A DNA stretch of 64,000 nucleotides from Acidobacteriota bacterium (GCA_022711715.1 JAKLEC010000001.1:33500-97499), one strand, 5' to 3'; shown: positions 1-9,059, counted from the first letter of the stretch. The notes: generated by a model not told the origin, from the sequence alone. Made by a program: numbers and translations.

Positions 1-294
1 TTCCAGGGGGTCGCCCGCCGCCCCGGCCCCGGCCTCGGCCAGGAGGAGCGCTCCCAGGCGGTTCTGTTCCTCCTTGGCATGGCGGTACGGGTCTTCGAGT
101 CCGGTCAGGGCGCGCAGGCGGCGATGGATGCGCTGGCCCATGAGCGGCGGCGGCTGGGACAGGTCCATGCCCGAGGTCCAGCGCAGCATGTCGCGCAGGA
201 TGCCTTCATGCAGCGCCGGATCGCGGCTGGTCAGGCGCGCCGCGTCCAGCGCCTGGCGGATGAGGCAGGGAATGCAATCCAGCTGCGTCCTCAT
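1..294 (-). CDS. DUF89/ARMT1-like family protein, N-terminal 98 aa (gene runs off window start)
   Basis: Minus-strand ATG at 294 gives MRTQLDCIPCLIRQALDAARL..., a CxPC N-terminal motif resembling DUF89 proteins. Not in ORF track because it is edge-truncated. Confidence 0.4.
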   Translation of the reverse strand, partial: MRTQLDCIPCLIRQALDAARLTSRDPALHEGILRDMLRWTSGMDLSQPPPLMGQRIHRRLRALTGLEDPYRHAKEEQNRLGALLLAEAGAGAAGDPLE

Positions 295-333
295 GGTCGT
301 GCCGGCTGCGGTCGCGCCGGGAAGGCCGCGCCG

Positions 334-672
334 TCAGTGGTCGCAGACGTTTTGCCCCGATTTCAGGGTGCCGGCCAGCCAGGCGGCGACCAGGGTTTCC
401 GGGGACTCGGCCGGAGCGCCGATGATCACCTCGATACCGTGCTCGCAGAACAGCGCCTGGGCGCGCTGGCCCATGCCGCCGGCGATGATCAGCTTCGCTC
501 CGCGCTCAGCGAGCCAGCGGGGCAGCAGTCCGGGCTCGTGGGGCGGGGCATCGAGGTCCTCACGCTTCACGATCCGCTTCTCCTTGGTGTCGGTTTCGAC
601 CAGGGCGAAACTGGCGCAATGACCAAAATGCATGGACAACTTTCCGTCGGACAGGGGAATGGCGATCTTCAT
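334..672 (-). CDS. MTH1175/NifX-NifB-like dinitrogenase FeMo-cofactor-binding domain protein (copy 1)
   Basis: 112 aa MKIAIPLSDGKLSMHFGHC...LIIAGGMGQRAQALF, typical small NifX/NafY-fold protein. Translationally close to upstream mrp. Confidence 0.8.
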   Translation of the reverse strand: MKIAIPLSDGKLSMHFGHCASFALVETDTKEKRIVKREDLDAPPHEPGLLPRWLAERGAKLIIAGGMGQRAQALFCEHGIEVIIGAPAESPETLVAAWLAGTLKSGQNVCDH

Positions 673-706
673 GGTGTTTTCTCCTTGGGTACGGCTTTTT
701 CGGAAA

Positions 707-1630
707 TCACTTCGCTTCCGCCTCGAGGGCCTGCAGCGGGGCGATGATGCCGCGCATGACCGCCGCCGTGGGCGAGTCGGCGAAGGTGCGCACGTATGGC
801 CGTCCGTCGTCGCCGGAGGCGGCGATGGCCGGATCGATGGGGATCGACCCCAGGAAGGGCACGTTCATGCTCTCGGCAATGCCGCGGCCGCCCCCACGGC
901 TGAAGATGGGCGTCACCTCGCCGCACTTGGGACAGGCGAAGCCGCTCATGTTCTCCACCACGCCGAGCACGGGGATGCCGAGCCGGCGGCAGAAGGTGAT
1001 CGACTTGCGCACGTCGACGGCCGCCACCTTCTGCGGCGTGGTGACGATCACTGCTCCGGTGATGCCGGGGATGAGCTGGCAGACCGAGAGCGGCTCGTCA
1101 CCCGTTCCCGGCGGCGAGTCGATAACCAGCCAGTCCAGGTCGCCCCAGGCGACGTCCATGAGGAACTGCTTGATGGCTCCCATCTTCAGCGGGCCGCGCC
1201 AGATGACGGCCTCGTCGGGATGGGGCAGCAAGAAGCCCAGCGACATGACGGCGATGCCGCCGGCGTCGGCGGGCAGGAGCCCGTCGGGCCCGCTGTCCAG
1301 CGTCATGCCCTCCAGACCCAGCATGGTGGGGACGCTCGGGCCGTGGATGTCCACGTCGAGCAGGCCGACGCGGCGGCCGACGGCGTGCAGGGCGGCGGCG
1401 ATGTTCACCGCCACCGTGCTCTTGCCGACGCCGCCCTTGCCGGAAAGGACCACGATCTTGCGGCGGATGCGGCACAGGCGCGACTCGAGCCGGCGGCGCT
1501 CGGCGAACTCCTGGTCGTTCTCGTTGCTGCGGCGGCTGGCGGCCGAGCACTCCTTGTTGCCGCAGGCGTCGCAGGCGCTCGGCCCGGCCTCCCGGGCGGC
1601 GCCGGGGTCTTTCCCGTTCTTGTTTTCCAT
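707..1630 (-). CDS. apbC: Mrp/NBP35/ApbC family Fe-S cluster carrier ATPase
   Basis: [10 protein letters not shown] Walker A, CPKCG motif, VVENMS signature. Cys-rich N-terminal tail. Confidence 0.85.
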   Translation of the reverse strand: MENKNGKDPGAAREAGPSACDACGNKECSAASRRSNENDQEFAERRRLESRLCRIRRKIVVLSGKGGVGKSTVAVNIAAALHAVGRRVGLLDVDIHGPSVPTMLGLEGMTLDSGPDGLLPADAGGIAVMSLGFLLPHPDEAVIWRGPLKMGAIKQFLMDVAWGDLDWLVIDSPPGTGDEPLSVCQLIPGITGAVIVTTPQKVAAVDVRKSITFCRRLGIPVLGVVENMSGFACPKCGEVTPIFSRGGGRGIAESMNVPFLGSIPIDPAIAASGDDGRPYVRTFADSPTAAVMRGIIAPLQALEAEAK

Positions 1631-1639
1631 GGGTGTCTC

Positions 1640-2512
1640 CTAAAGCTGCAGATTATTCCATATGGCGCGGATGTCGTCCACGCAGGGCGCGTCGGTCTCG
1701 ACCACGGCCCGCTCGCGCAGCTGCGCCGCGGTCACGCCGGCGTCGTAGCGCACGCGGCCGGCGAGCCGCGCCCCGGCGGCGGCGGCCTTGGCCTCGATGC
1801 GCTCCGTCATCTCCGGGTTCAAATCCCATTTGTTCACGCACGCGGCCACCGGGACCTGGAAGTGGCGGGCCAGGGAGAGCACCCGCTCCAGGTCGTGCTC
1901 GCCGGAGACGGTCGGCTCGGTCACGGCCAGCACCAGCGAGGCGCCGCTGAGCGAGGCGATCACCGGGCAGCCGATCCCCGGCGGGCCGTCGACGATGATC
2001 CGTTCCCGCTTCTCCTCCTCGGCCAGGCGTCGCGCCTCGCGCCGCACCAGGGCCACGAGCTTGCCCGAGTTCTCTGCGGCCGCCTTCAGCCGAGCGTGGA
2101 CCATGGAGCCGCAGCGGGTGTCGGAGACCAGCCACTCGCCGCAGAGGCATTCGGGAAAGTCGATGGCCTGGGCGAGGCAGGAGCGGACGCAGACCCCGCA
2201 GCCTTCGCAGCCGATGGGGTCGACGCGAAAGACCGGGGTACCGTCGGGGCGGGCCGCCATGGCGATGGCGGCGAAGCGGCAGAGCTCGGCGCACAGGCCG
2301 CAGCCCGTGCAGTCAGCGGGTCGGATCAGCGCCTGGCGGCCGCTGACGAAATCGTGCCGCTCGCGCGGCCGCGGCGCCAGCACCAGGTGCAGGTCGGCGG
2401 CGTCGACGTCGCAGTCGGCGACCACGGCGTCGCCGGCCAGCACGGCGAACGAGGCGGCGAGGCTGGTCTTGCCCGTTCCGCCCTTGCCGCTGAGCACGAC
2501 CAGTTCCCTCAT
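1640..2512 (-). CDS. MinD/ParA-superfamily P-loop ATPase with inserted 2x[4Fe-4S] ferredoxin domain
   Basis: LSGKGGTGKTS deviant Walker A. Two CxxCxxCxxxC motifs (CTGCGLCAELC, CEGCGVCVRSC). Confidence 0.8.
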   Translation of the reverse strand: MRELVVLSGKGGTGKTSLAASFAVLAGDAVVADCDVDAADLHLVLAPRPRERHDFVSGRQALIRPADCTGCGLCAELCRFAAIAMAARPDGTPVFRVDPIGCEGCGVCVRSCLAQAIDFPECLCGEWLVSDTRCGSMVHARLKAAAENSGKLVALVRREARRLAEEEKRERIIVDGPPGIGCPVIASLSGASLVLAVTEPTVSGEHDLERVLSLARHFQVPVAACVNKWDLNPEMTERIEAKAAAAGARLAGRVRYDAGVTAAQLRERAVVETDAPCVDDIRAIWNNLQL

Positions 2513-2775
2513 TTATCCTTCCCGCAAGCCGGTTCGCCGCAGGGCTCACCGCGGCCGCAACAGGTGCGGCCGGTGCGCTGAAGCGAGCAGTCCGCCCCTC
2601 CCCGCGCCGGCGCCTCCTTTCCGCCTCCCTTCACGATGAAACCGGCACCGCCGCTGACGACGCGATGCACCCGTCCCCGGCACTGCGGGCAGCGGGTCAG
2701 GGGCGCGGCGCTGATGGGCTGCATCTTCTCGAACCGGGAACCGCATGCTTCGCACTCATATTCATAGGTCGGCAT
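2509..2775 (-). CDS. FmdB-family zinc-ribbon putative regulatory protein
   Basis: MPTYEYECEACGSRFE...CPQCRG, canonical FmdB CxxC-CxxC ribbon. 4-bp overlap with downstream ATPase. Confidence 0.8.
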   Translation of the reverse strand: MPTYEYECEACGSRFEKMQPISAAPLTRCPQCRGRVHRVVSGGAGFIVKGGGKEAPARGGADCSLQRTGRTCCGRGEPCGEPACGKDK

Positions 2776-2778
2776 GGC

Positions 2779-3618
2779 TCATCCTCCTTGGCCGCCGAGC
2801 AGCGTGTCGGCGAGCCCGGAAAAAAGGGCACGATACTCAGGCACGGCGTCGAAGACCAGCCGGCCGCGGGAATAGGCCTCGGCGATGCGCCGGTCGTCGG
2901 CGATCTCCATCATGATGGCGATGCCGGCCTCCCGGCAATAGCGGTGAACACGGTCGTCCCCGGCCCCGGCGCGGTTCAGGACCACGGCGAAGGGCTGGGC
3001 CAACTCGCGCAGGGTGTCCACCGCCAGCTGCAGGTCGTGCAGCCCGAAGGGGGTGGGCTCGGTGACCAGCAGGACGAAGTCGGCGCCGCGCACGGCGGTG
3101 ACCACCGGGCAGGACGTGCCGGGCGGGGCGTCAATCACGGCGGGCAGCGAGGGATCGAGGCGGCGTTTGACCTCGCGGATCAGCGGCGGCGCCAGCACCG
3201 AGCCCACGTCCAGTCTGCCCGTCACCAAGGCGATGTCTCCCGCCTGCCGCCTTTCCACCATGCCGATGCGCCGGGGAACCTCGCGGATCGCCTGCCGCGG
3301 GCACACCCTCGGGCAGCCGCCGCAGCCGTGGCACATTTCGGCGAAGACCAGCGCCTTGGTGCCGGTGGAGACGATGGCGTGGTAGGCGCAGAAGCGGCTG
3401 CACTCACCGCAGCCGTCGCACCGCGACTCGTCCACCTCGGGGACCGGGATGGTGGCGACCTCGGAGGCCGCCTCGGTCCCGGGCAGGAACAGGTGGGCGT
3501 TGGGTTCCTCGACGTCGCAGTCGAGGAGCTGCAGCGGACGGGCGTAGGCGCGGGCCAGGTTGACGGCCAGCGTCGTCTTGCCCGTGCCGCCCTTGCCCGA
3601 GGCGATGGCCAGGGTCAT
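2779..3618 (-). CDS. MinD/ParA-superfamily P-loop ATPase with 4Fe-4S ferredoxin insert (paralog)
   Basis: Start taken at internal MTLAIASGKGGTGKTT (ATG 3618). The upstream 144 codons of the track ORF overlap the DUF5320 gene and are not coding. CDGCGECSRFC and CHGCGGCPRVC motifs. Confidence 0.75.
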   Translation of the reverse strand: MTLAIASGKGGTGKTTLAVNLARAYARPLQLLDCDVEEPNAHLFLPGTEAASEVATIPVPEVDESRCDGCGECSRFCAYHAIVSTGTKALVFAEMCHGCGGCPRVCPRQAIREVPRRIGMVERRQAGDIALVTGRLDVGSVLAPPLIREVKRRLDPSLPAVIDAPPGTSCPVVTAVRGADFVLLVTEPTPFGLHDLQLAVDTLRELAQPFAVVLNRAGAGDDRVHRYCREAGIAIMMEIADDRRIAEAYSRGRLVFDAVPEYRALFSGLADTLLGGQGG

Positions 3619-3890
3619 GGCCGGTCTCTCGATCCGCAGGAGCCGGGAAGCCTGCCTTCGCCTTCCAGCCGCCGCAGGCGGGCGCGCAGCGAAGCGATGC
3701 CGTCTCGCAGCGCCTGCAGGCGAAGGCGCAGCGAATGCAACCCCGGGGCCGCTGTCTCCTCCCCGACCGGCCCGGCAAAGACGGCCTGGGGACCGCCGGC
3801 TCCATCGGGCAGGTTCATCAGACAGTAACCGTGTCCATGGCCACTCATGGGCCCCTGCCCGCGGGGCCCGGTTCCATCGAATCCCGGCAT
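3615..3890 (-). CDS. DUF5320 family protein (MPGFDGTGP...coiled-coil C-term)
   Basis: N-term MPGFDGTGPRGQGPMSGHGHGYC matches DUF5320 MPxxDxTGP motif. C-terminal LRLRLQALRDGIASLRARLRRLE coiled coil. ATGA overlap with next gene. Confidence 0.7.
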   Translation of the reverse strand: MPGFDGTGPRGQGPMSGHGHGYCLMNLPDGAGGPQAVFAGPVGEETAAPGLHSLRLRLQALRDGIASLRARLRRLEGEGRLPGSCGSRDRP

Positions 3891-3916
3891 GCGTCACCTC
3901 CTGTTCGCGAACGGCG

Positions 3917-5614
3917 CTAGCGCTCCCTGGGAAAAGGCCAGGCCGCGATGCCGCCCTCCATGACCTTGACGTTCTTCCAACCGTTGGCCTCCAGGACCAG
4001 CGCCGCCTCGTAGCCGCGCAGCGAGATCTTGCAGAAGCAGACGATCTCGGCATTCTTGTCCTGGGGCAGCTCGGCCAGCCGCTTGCGCAGGGCGCCGAGC
4101 GGGATCAACCGCTCGCCGATCCCCAGGCGCATGGCCTCGAACTCGTCGGGCCCGCGCACGTCGAGAAGAAACAGCGGTTCGCCGGCCTCGACCTTCCTCT
4201 TGACCTCCATGGCCGAAATCCCCTTGAGCCGGCCTTTCAGCTTGTTCTGCATCAGATGGGCGGTGGCGATGAAGTGGTCGATGGCCAGGGAAAAAGGCGG
4301 GGCGTATGGCAGGTCGGCGTTGACGACGTCCTCGACGCCCAGCTTGCCCAGCACGGCCATGGCCCATTCGGCGACCTGCCGCGACACGTCGCCCGGGCCC
4401 ACCACCTGGGCGCCCAGGATGCGGCCGTTGGCCCTGTCCACGACCAGCTTGCTGACCAGCAGCTTGCCGTTCATGAAGCCGGGCTTGTCCAAGCTGGCGT
4501 TGATCACCGTGTCCACGTCGCGGCCCGCTTCGCGGGCGCTGCGCTCGTTCAGCCCGGTGGTGCCGGCCTTGAAATCGAAGATCTTGCAGATGCCGGTCTG
4601 GATGGTGCCGGGGAAGGAAACGACATTGCCCAGCACGGCGTTCTCGCCGGCGACGCGGCCCTCCAGATTGGCCAGGTCACCGTAGGGGGCGTGGTTGCTG
4701 CGGCCGGTGATACGGTGGGGGATCTCGATGCAGTCGCCGGCGGCGTAAATGTCGGGGTCGGAGGTCTGCATGAACTCGTTGACCAGGATGCCCCCCTTCG
4801 GGCCCAGGGCCAGCCCGGCCTCGCGCGCCATCCGGCTGTTGGGCTTCACGCCCACCGCCAGCACGGCGAGTTCGCAGGGGAGCTCCGTGCCGTTGCTCAG
4901 CTTGACCCCGGTCAGCTTCCCGTCCTGGCCCAGGAAGGCGGCCAGGCCATTGCCGGTGATCACGTTTACCCCCTTGCTGCGCACGTGGGCCTCGACCAGC
5001 TCGGCCAGCTCCCAGTCCAGGAAGGTGAGCAGCTGCGGCAGCAGCTCGATGACCGTGATTTCGATGCCGGCCAGCTGCAGCGCCTCGCAGGTCTCGATGC
5101 CGATCAGACCGCCGCCGATCACCACGGCCTTCTTGATCGTCTTCTCGTCGCGCACCCGGCGCAGGAAATCGGCGTCTTCCATCCCCTGCAGGGTGGTGAT
5201 GCCCTTCAGGTCGCCGCCGGGAACGGGGGGGATGTTGGGCAGGGCGCCGGTGGCCAGGATCAGCCGGTCATAGGGGAGCGTTTCCTCCTGGCCGGAAGCC
5301 AGGTCGCGGACGCGCACCGCCTTGGCGGCGCGGTCGATGGCCAGCGCCTCGGTGTTCGTGCGCGCCCGGATGTTCTTGGCGTTCATGTAGTAGACGGGAT
5401 CGCGGACCACGCCGGTGGGGGTGCAGAGCAGCATGTTGCGGTCGTCGAAAAAGCCGCCGACGTAATAAGGATAGCCGCAGGAGGCCATGGAGAGGTCCTT
5501 CCCCTTCTGCACCAGGGTGATGTCGGCCCGCTCGTCGAGCCTCCTGGCCTTGGCCGCGGCCTTGGGGCCGGCGGCCGAGCCGCCGATGACGATGATCTTT
5601 TTGTTTTTGGACAT
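3917..5614 (-). CDS. CoA-disulfide reductase / NADH oxidase-type FAD-dependent pyridine nucleotide-disulfide oxidoreductase with C-terminal rhodanese domain (CoADR-RHD)
   Basis: KKIIVIGGSAAGPKAA FAD motif, VVIGGGLIGIE NAD motif, AAGDC. C-terminal FLLDVRGPDEFE...CKISLRG rhodanese active-site Cys. Confidence 0.85.
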   Translation of the reverse strand: MSKNKKIIVIGGSAAGPKAAAKARRLDERADITLVQKGKDLSMASCGYPYYVGGFFDDRNMLLCTPTGVVRDPVYYMNAKNIRARTNTEALAIDRAAKAVRVRDLASGQEETLPYDRLILATGALPNIPPVPGGDLKGITTLQGMEDADFLRRVRDEKTIKKAVVIGGGLIGIETCEALQLAGIEITVIELLPQLLTFLDWELAELVEAHVRSKGVNVITGNGLAAFLGQDGKLTGVKLSNGTELPCELAVLAVGVKPNSRMAREAGLALGPKGGILVNEFMQTSDPDIYAAGDCIEIPHRITGRSNHAPYGDLANLEGRVAGENAVLGNVVSFPGTIQTGICKIFDFKAGTTGLNERSAREAGRDVDTVINASLDKPGFMNGKLLVSKLVVDRANGRILGAQVVGPGDVSRQVAEWAMAVLGKLGVEDVVNADLPYAPPFSLAIDHFIATAHLMQNKLKGRLKGISAMEVKRKVEAGEPLFLLDVRGPDEFEAMRLGIGERLIPLGALRKRLAELPQDKNAEIVCFCKISLRGYEAALVLEANGWKNVKVMEGGIAAWPFPRER

Positions 5615-5623
5615 GGGTACTCC

Positions 5624-6193
5624 TTACCCTGAGTTTTTTTCCTGACGGCGGGACGGTCTCTTCCCTTGGGCATGCCGGGACGGAAGGCGGCGTATTCCCC
5701 GCCTGCGTGCGGTCGCCTCGTCGACCTCTTCCTGCCAGCCGCTGCGGCAGGCGGCGACGCGGTCGAAGCGGGCAATATAGGGCTTGATGTCAAGCAGCGG
5801 CGTGCCGTCCAGGATGTCGCCGCCTTCGATGTGCAGCACCGATCCCTCGCGGCCGAGAAGCCGGACCAGGCTCAGGCCGATGGCGTTGGGGCGGCGGGGG
5901 GAGCGGGTGGCGAACACCCCCCGTTCGGCGTCCTGCAGGAAAGGGCGGACCGACAGTGCGGCGGCTGCGGCGCGATGAAAATGGTATAGCAGGAAGATAT
6001 GGGAGAATCCCTCCAGGTCGCGCAGTCCGGCGGCGAATTCGCCGGCCACTTCAACCCGCCCCCGGCACGCCCGGGCGTAGACCGGTTGGATGGGCGTCTG
6101 TTCGGGATCGACATGCCCGCTGCGGATCACGCCGATGGCACGGAAGGCGATGGCCGCCTTGCCGGGCAAGGGCCGGGTTTTTGCGGGGTTCAC
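5624..6193 (-). CDS. tsaA: TsaA/YaeB-family SAM-dependent tRNA methyltransferase
   Basis: GFSHIFLLYHFH and LDIKPY motifs of UPF0066/TsaA. Confidence 0.75.
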   Translation of the reverse strand: MNPAKTRPLPGKAAIAFRAIGVIRSGHVDPEQTPIQPVYARACRGRVEVAGEFAAGLRDLEGFSHIFLLYHFHRAAAAALSVRPFLQDAERGVFATRSPRRPNAIGLSLVRLLGREGSVLHIEGGDILDGTPLLDIKPYIARFDRVAACRSGWQEEVDEATARRRGIRRLPSRHAQGKRPSRRQEKNSG

Positions 6194-6549
6194 CAGTGGC
6201 CCTGAACGTCTGCGCCAGAGGATTCCTTCAACTCACCCGCTTTGTACTTTGCCACGGCATCGGCGATGGTAGCGGCGTCACTGGCATAAATCTTGACCCC
6301 GGCGGCGGCGAGGACGCGGAAAGCCTTGGGGCCGCAATGCCCGCTGACAAGTGCTTTCGCACCGGAACGGACCACTGTTTCAGCGGCTTGGATGCCCGCG
6401 CCCTGGGCCGCGGCCAGGTTTTGCTGGTTGTCAATAATTTCGAAACTTTGGTTTTCCAAATCATAGATTAGGAACTTGGAAGCCCGGCCGAAACGGCTTT
6501 CCAGCGGTGCGCTCACGTTGTTACCCGATGTAGCAAATGCAATTTTCAT
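6190..6549 (-). CDS. MTH1175/NifX-NifB-like FeMo-cofactor-binding domain protein (copy 2)
   Basis: MKIAFATSGNNVSAPLESRFGRASKFLIYD...ALVSGHCGPKAF, NifX-like fold. Preceded by AAGGAGG RBS. Confidence 0.8.
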   Translation of the reverse strand: MKIAFATSGNNVSAPLESRFGRASKFLIYDLENQSFEIIDNQQNLAAAQGAGIQAAETVVRSGAKALVSGHCGPKAFRVLAAAGVKIYASDAATIADAVAKYKAGELKESSGADVQGHW

Positions 6550-6618
6550 AAAATATCCTCCTTGCTTGTCAGTCCATGGCAGCTTGCCGGCGCCGGCCGC
6601 GTGCGTGCTGGCCTCGCA

Positions 6619-7338
6619 CTATTTTTTTTTGATAGTGCTTAAAACCTTATCCTTATCGATTTTTTTGGTGCAGAAGAACCAGTCGTGGCAGGTGACGCCC
6701 GCCTCCTTGCCCTCCATGCGCTCCTTGGCCACGCCGCAGGAGCCGGCGGTGGGCACGATGACGTCGTCGCCCGGGCGCCAGTCGGCCGGGGTGGCCACGC
6801 CGAAGGAGTCCGCCGTCTGCAGCGCCTGCAGCGCGCGCAGCAGCTCATCGAAGTTGCGGCCCATGCTCAGCGGGTAGTAGATGATGGTGCGGATGACGCC
6901 CTTGGGGTCGATGAAGAAGACGGCGCGCACGGCCTTGGTCGAGCTCTCGCCCGGCTGCATCATGCCGTATTTGTGAGCCACTTCCATGGTGATGTCCTCG
7001 ATCAGCGGGAACTTCACCTCGACGTTCTTCATCCCCTTGTAGTCGATCTTCTCCTTGATGATTCGCAGCCAGGCGATGTGGCTATACAGGCCGTCGACCG
7101 ACAGGCCGACCAGCTGGCAGTTCAGTTCGGCGAACTGGTTCTCCAGGGTGGCGAAGGTCATGAACTCCGAGGTGCACACCGGGGTGAAGTCGGCCGGGTG
7201 GCTGAACAGGATGATCCACTTGCCGGCGTACTGCTCGGGAAAGTTGATCTCGCCCTGGGTGGTGACGGCCTTGAACGAAGGAGCCTTGTCGCCGATGCGC
7301 GGCATCACGCCGCTTTGTGTTTCTTTGTTTGTTTCCAT
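6619..7338 (-). CDS. 1-Cys peroxiredoxin (Prx6/AhpC-TSA family), copy A
   Basis: FTPVCTSE peroxidatic Cys motif. ~88% nt identical over ~700 bp to 26423-27133. Start could alternatively be Met12 (MPRIGD). Confidence 0.85.
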   Translation of the reverse strand: METNKETQSGVMPRIGDKAPSFKAVTTQGEINFPEQYAGKWIILFSHPADFTPVCTSEFMTFATLENQFAELNCQLVGLSVDGLYSHIAWLRIIKEKIDYKGMKNVEVKFPLIEDITMEVAHKYGMMQPGESSTKAVRAVFFIDPKGVIRTIIYYPLSMGRNFDELLRALQALQTADSFGVATPADWRPGDDVIVPTAGSCGVAKERMEGKEAGVTCHDWFFCTKKIDKDKVLSTIKKK

Positions 7339-7377
7339 TGTCTTCTCCTTTTATTTCTATTTAAACAAGAATGGCTG

Positions 7378-7821
7378 TTAATTATAAGACGCTTTGATCT
7401 CCGGCGCTTCCAGGAAAAGGGGCTTGGCCAGTTCCTCCATGTTGCTCTCTTTCCAGAAGGGCAGCTTGGCATGGTCATCCATGTATTTCTGCGGGATGGG
7501 ATGGGTGCCGATGATCACCGGCAGGCCGTACGCGGCCTCGATGAAGGCCTTGAAGCGACGGATGTTGGGGCAGGGCGGATAGCCTACCACCAGCCCGGTG
7601 GCCAGGTGAACGGCCGTGGCGCCGTTCTTCTTGAACTCTGCCGGCACGTATTCCACGTTACCGCCCGGACAGCCGCCGCAGGTCGAATAGCCGACGACCT
7701 CCACTTCCTCTTCTCTGGAGTAAATGGAAAAGGCACCGACCCTCTCGCGTATTGCCCGGAAACATTTGCCGCCTCCGCAGTCCTTGTAGCGGGCGCAGAT
7801 GATGATGCCAATCTTGGTCAT
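7378..7821 (-). CDS. CGGC domain-containing protein
   Basis: KDCGGGKC and YSTCGGCPGG motifs of PF08821. Confidence 0.75.
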   Translation of the reverse strand: MTKIGIIICARYKDCGGGKCFRAIRERVGAFSIYSREEEVEVVGYSTCGGCPGGNVEYVPAEFKKNGATAVHLATGLVVGYPPCPNIRRFKAFIEAAYGLPVIIGTHPIPQKYMDDHAKLPFWKESNMEELAKPLFLEAPEIKASYN

Positions 7822-7863
7822 AAAAAATCTCCTGGTTCCCGGATCCGGGCCCCACCGGGAACC

Positions 7864-8229
7864 CTACTTCGTTTCGCCTTCCGTGTCCAGTTCCTCGAGG
7901 CGCTTGCGGATGGCATCCAGCTCGCCCTGCATGGCGTCTGCCTGGGCCTTCAGCGATCTTTTCTCGCTTTCAGGATCCGGGAAGAAATCGGGCGCCGGAA
8001 CGCCGTAGCGCATCCACCCCGGCTGGCCCGTCGTGTAGAAGCGGTTGCGCCAGCCGCGGCCGCCGCCGCCGAAGCCGCGGGCCCAGGCGCCGCGCCCCCT
8101 GCCCAGGCCGAAGCCGCGGCCAAAAGCCGGGTTAGCATATCCGGGCATGGCGAAGCCTGCGCAAAATCCGGCCCCACGGCCGGTCATGGGCCCCAGTCCA
8201 TTGGGCCCCGTCCTGTCTCCTCTCGGCAT
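7864..8229 (-). CDS. DUF5320 family protein (Gly/Arg-rich middle, coiled-coil C-term)
   Basis: MPRGDRTGPNGLGPMTGRGAGFCAG N-term. C-term LDAIRKRLEELD. Confidence 0.75.
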   Translation of the reverse strand: MPRGDRTGPNGLGPMTGRGAGFCAGFAMPGYANPAFGRGFGLGRGRGAWARGFGGGGRGWRNRFYTTGQPGWMRYGVPAPDFFPDPESEKRSLKAQADAMQGELDAIRKRLEELDTEGETK

Positions 8230-8256
8230 GGTTACCTCCTTGTATTTCCTATTTTT

Positions 8257-8883
8257 CTATTCCCGGACCATGGCCGTGCCGCACTGGGGGCACTGTCGCC
8301 TCACGCAGGGAACGCCCCTCTCGTGCGCCAGCCGCTGGCCGCATTTCGGGCAGACACAGTTGCCGACCGCGCCCGCGGCTACCGGGCCGCCTATGCGGCC
8401 GCGCCCCTGTCCGGCGCCTTGCCGGCCCATGCCCCCCCCCAAGCCGCGGCCTTGCCCGCGGCCTCCGCCAAAACCTCCGCCTCCTTGTCTTCTTCCGTTC
8501 ATGAAGCGATCCTCCTCGAGGAGCGCGCGGCAGCCGAATCGCCGGCAGCCGGGCATGAAAAAGCGGCTCGCGGGAAGCTTTCCCGCCGTCCAGGCCTCGA
8601 TCACCTCGGCAAGATCGCCGGAAACAAACGGGATCACCCGGATACCCGATGATGCGATCATTGCCTGCAGGGGCCGGGAAATCGCCCCGCAAACCAGGAT
8701 CTCGACGCCCAGCTCGCGGAGGCGCAGCGCTTTCTGCATGGGCAAGGGCAGATCCAACCCCTCGCGCTGCCGGCGGATGACGCGGCCGGCTCCGGCTTCG
8801 ACCATGAGAACCTGGCGGGCTGAGTCGAATACCGGCGCGATGCGCTCTTCCCAGCACGAGAATGCCGTTTTTACGCTTGCCAT
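8257..8883 (-). CDS. MTH1175/NifX-like domain fused to Gly-rich linker and C-terminal CxxC-CxxC zinc ribbon (copy 3)
   Basis: Start chosen at MASVKTAF (ATG 8883) behind AAGGA SD and the sigma-54 promoter. NifX-like LGVEILVCGAISRP core. GGGFGGGRGQGRG linker. CPKCG...CPQCG ribbon. Confidence 0.65.
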   Translation of the reverse strand: MASVKTAFSCWEERIAPVFDSARQVLMVEAGAGRVIRRQREGLDLPLPMQKALRLRELGVEILVCGAISRPLQAMIASSGIRVIPFVSGDLAEVIEAWTAGKLPASRFFMPGCRRFGCRALLEEDRFMNGRRQGGGGFGGGRGQGRGLGGGMGRQGAGQGRGRIGGPVAAGAVGNCVCPKCGQRLAHERGVPCVRRQCPQCGTAMVRE

Positions 8884-8907
8884 ACGCATTCCTTCATGAA
8901 CGTCCAT

Positions 8908-8924
8908 GCAATGACGATGCCAAG
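8908..8924 (-). promoter_or_regulatory. Candidate sigma-54 (-24/-12) promoter TGGCAT-N5-TTGCA
   Basis: Minus-strand read CTTGGCATCGTCATTGCATGG. GG and GC spaced exactly as in the TGGCAC-N5-TTGCA consensus. 25 bp upstream of ATG 8883. rpoN and an EBP gene are in the window. Confidence 0.45.
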
Positions 8925-9042
8925 CTCCCGGCAACGGAGGTGGGATCGTTTAGATTGCCGATGGCAAATGACTTTTCGTGATGCTGCTTGTAACGCGACG
9001 TACAGGAATGAGTAGCGTTTTGGCTACCCTCCATGATAGCCG

Positions 9043-9057
9043 CATTGCGGCAATGCG
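9043..9057. promoter_or_regulatory. Perfect 15-bp palindrome GCATTGCGGCAATGC, candidate enhancer (UAS) for the sigma-54 activator
   Basis: Lies ~120 bp upstream of the -24 element, the classic EBP enhancer distance. Just 3' of the activator stop codon. Confidence 0.35.
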
Positions 9058-9059
9058 AC

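Noticed and set aside
632-2581. 649-aa plus-strand ORF, and similar long ORFs in the track: 3560-5632+, 6685-8652+, 9132-10583+, 15021-17630-, 17708-18757-, 19271-21157-, 23169-24659-, 23993-26215-, 33078-34757+, 36681-37832-, 43876-45735-, 47089-48315+, 50886-52157-, 52173-53702-, 54678-55685-, 55812-56615-, 62021-63901+
   Set aside because: Antisense or out-of-frame shadows of well-supported genes in a ~68% GC genome. Low-complexity Ala/Gly/Arg/Pro-rich translations with no motifs. The opposite-strand genes have clear family signatures.
3619-4053. N-terminal 144-residue extension of the MinD-Fd ATPase track ORF
   Set aside because: Overlaps the DUF5320 and CoADR genes in another frame. Arg/Ala-rich with no motif. 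The Walker-A-containing N-terminus begins at Met 3618.
6550-6618. Rho-independent terminator between prx and NifX-like gene (GCCGGCGCCGGC palindrome next to a T/A run)
   Set aside because: On the coding (minus) strand the A-run precedes rather than follows the stem. It is followed by a strong RBS, so read-through co-transcription is more likely. May be a plus-strand structure only.
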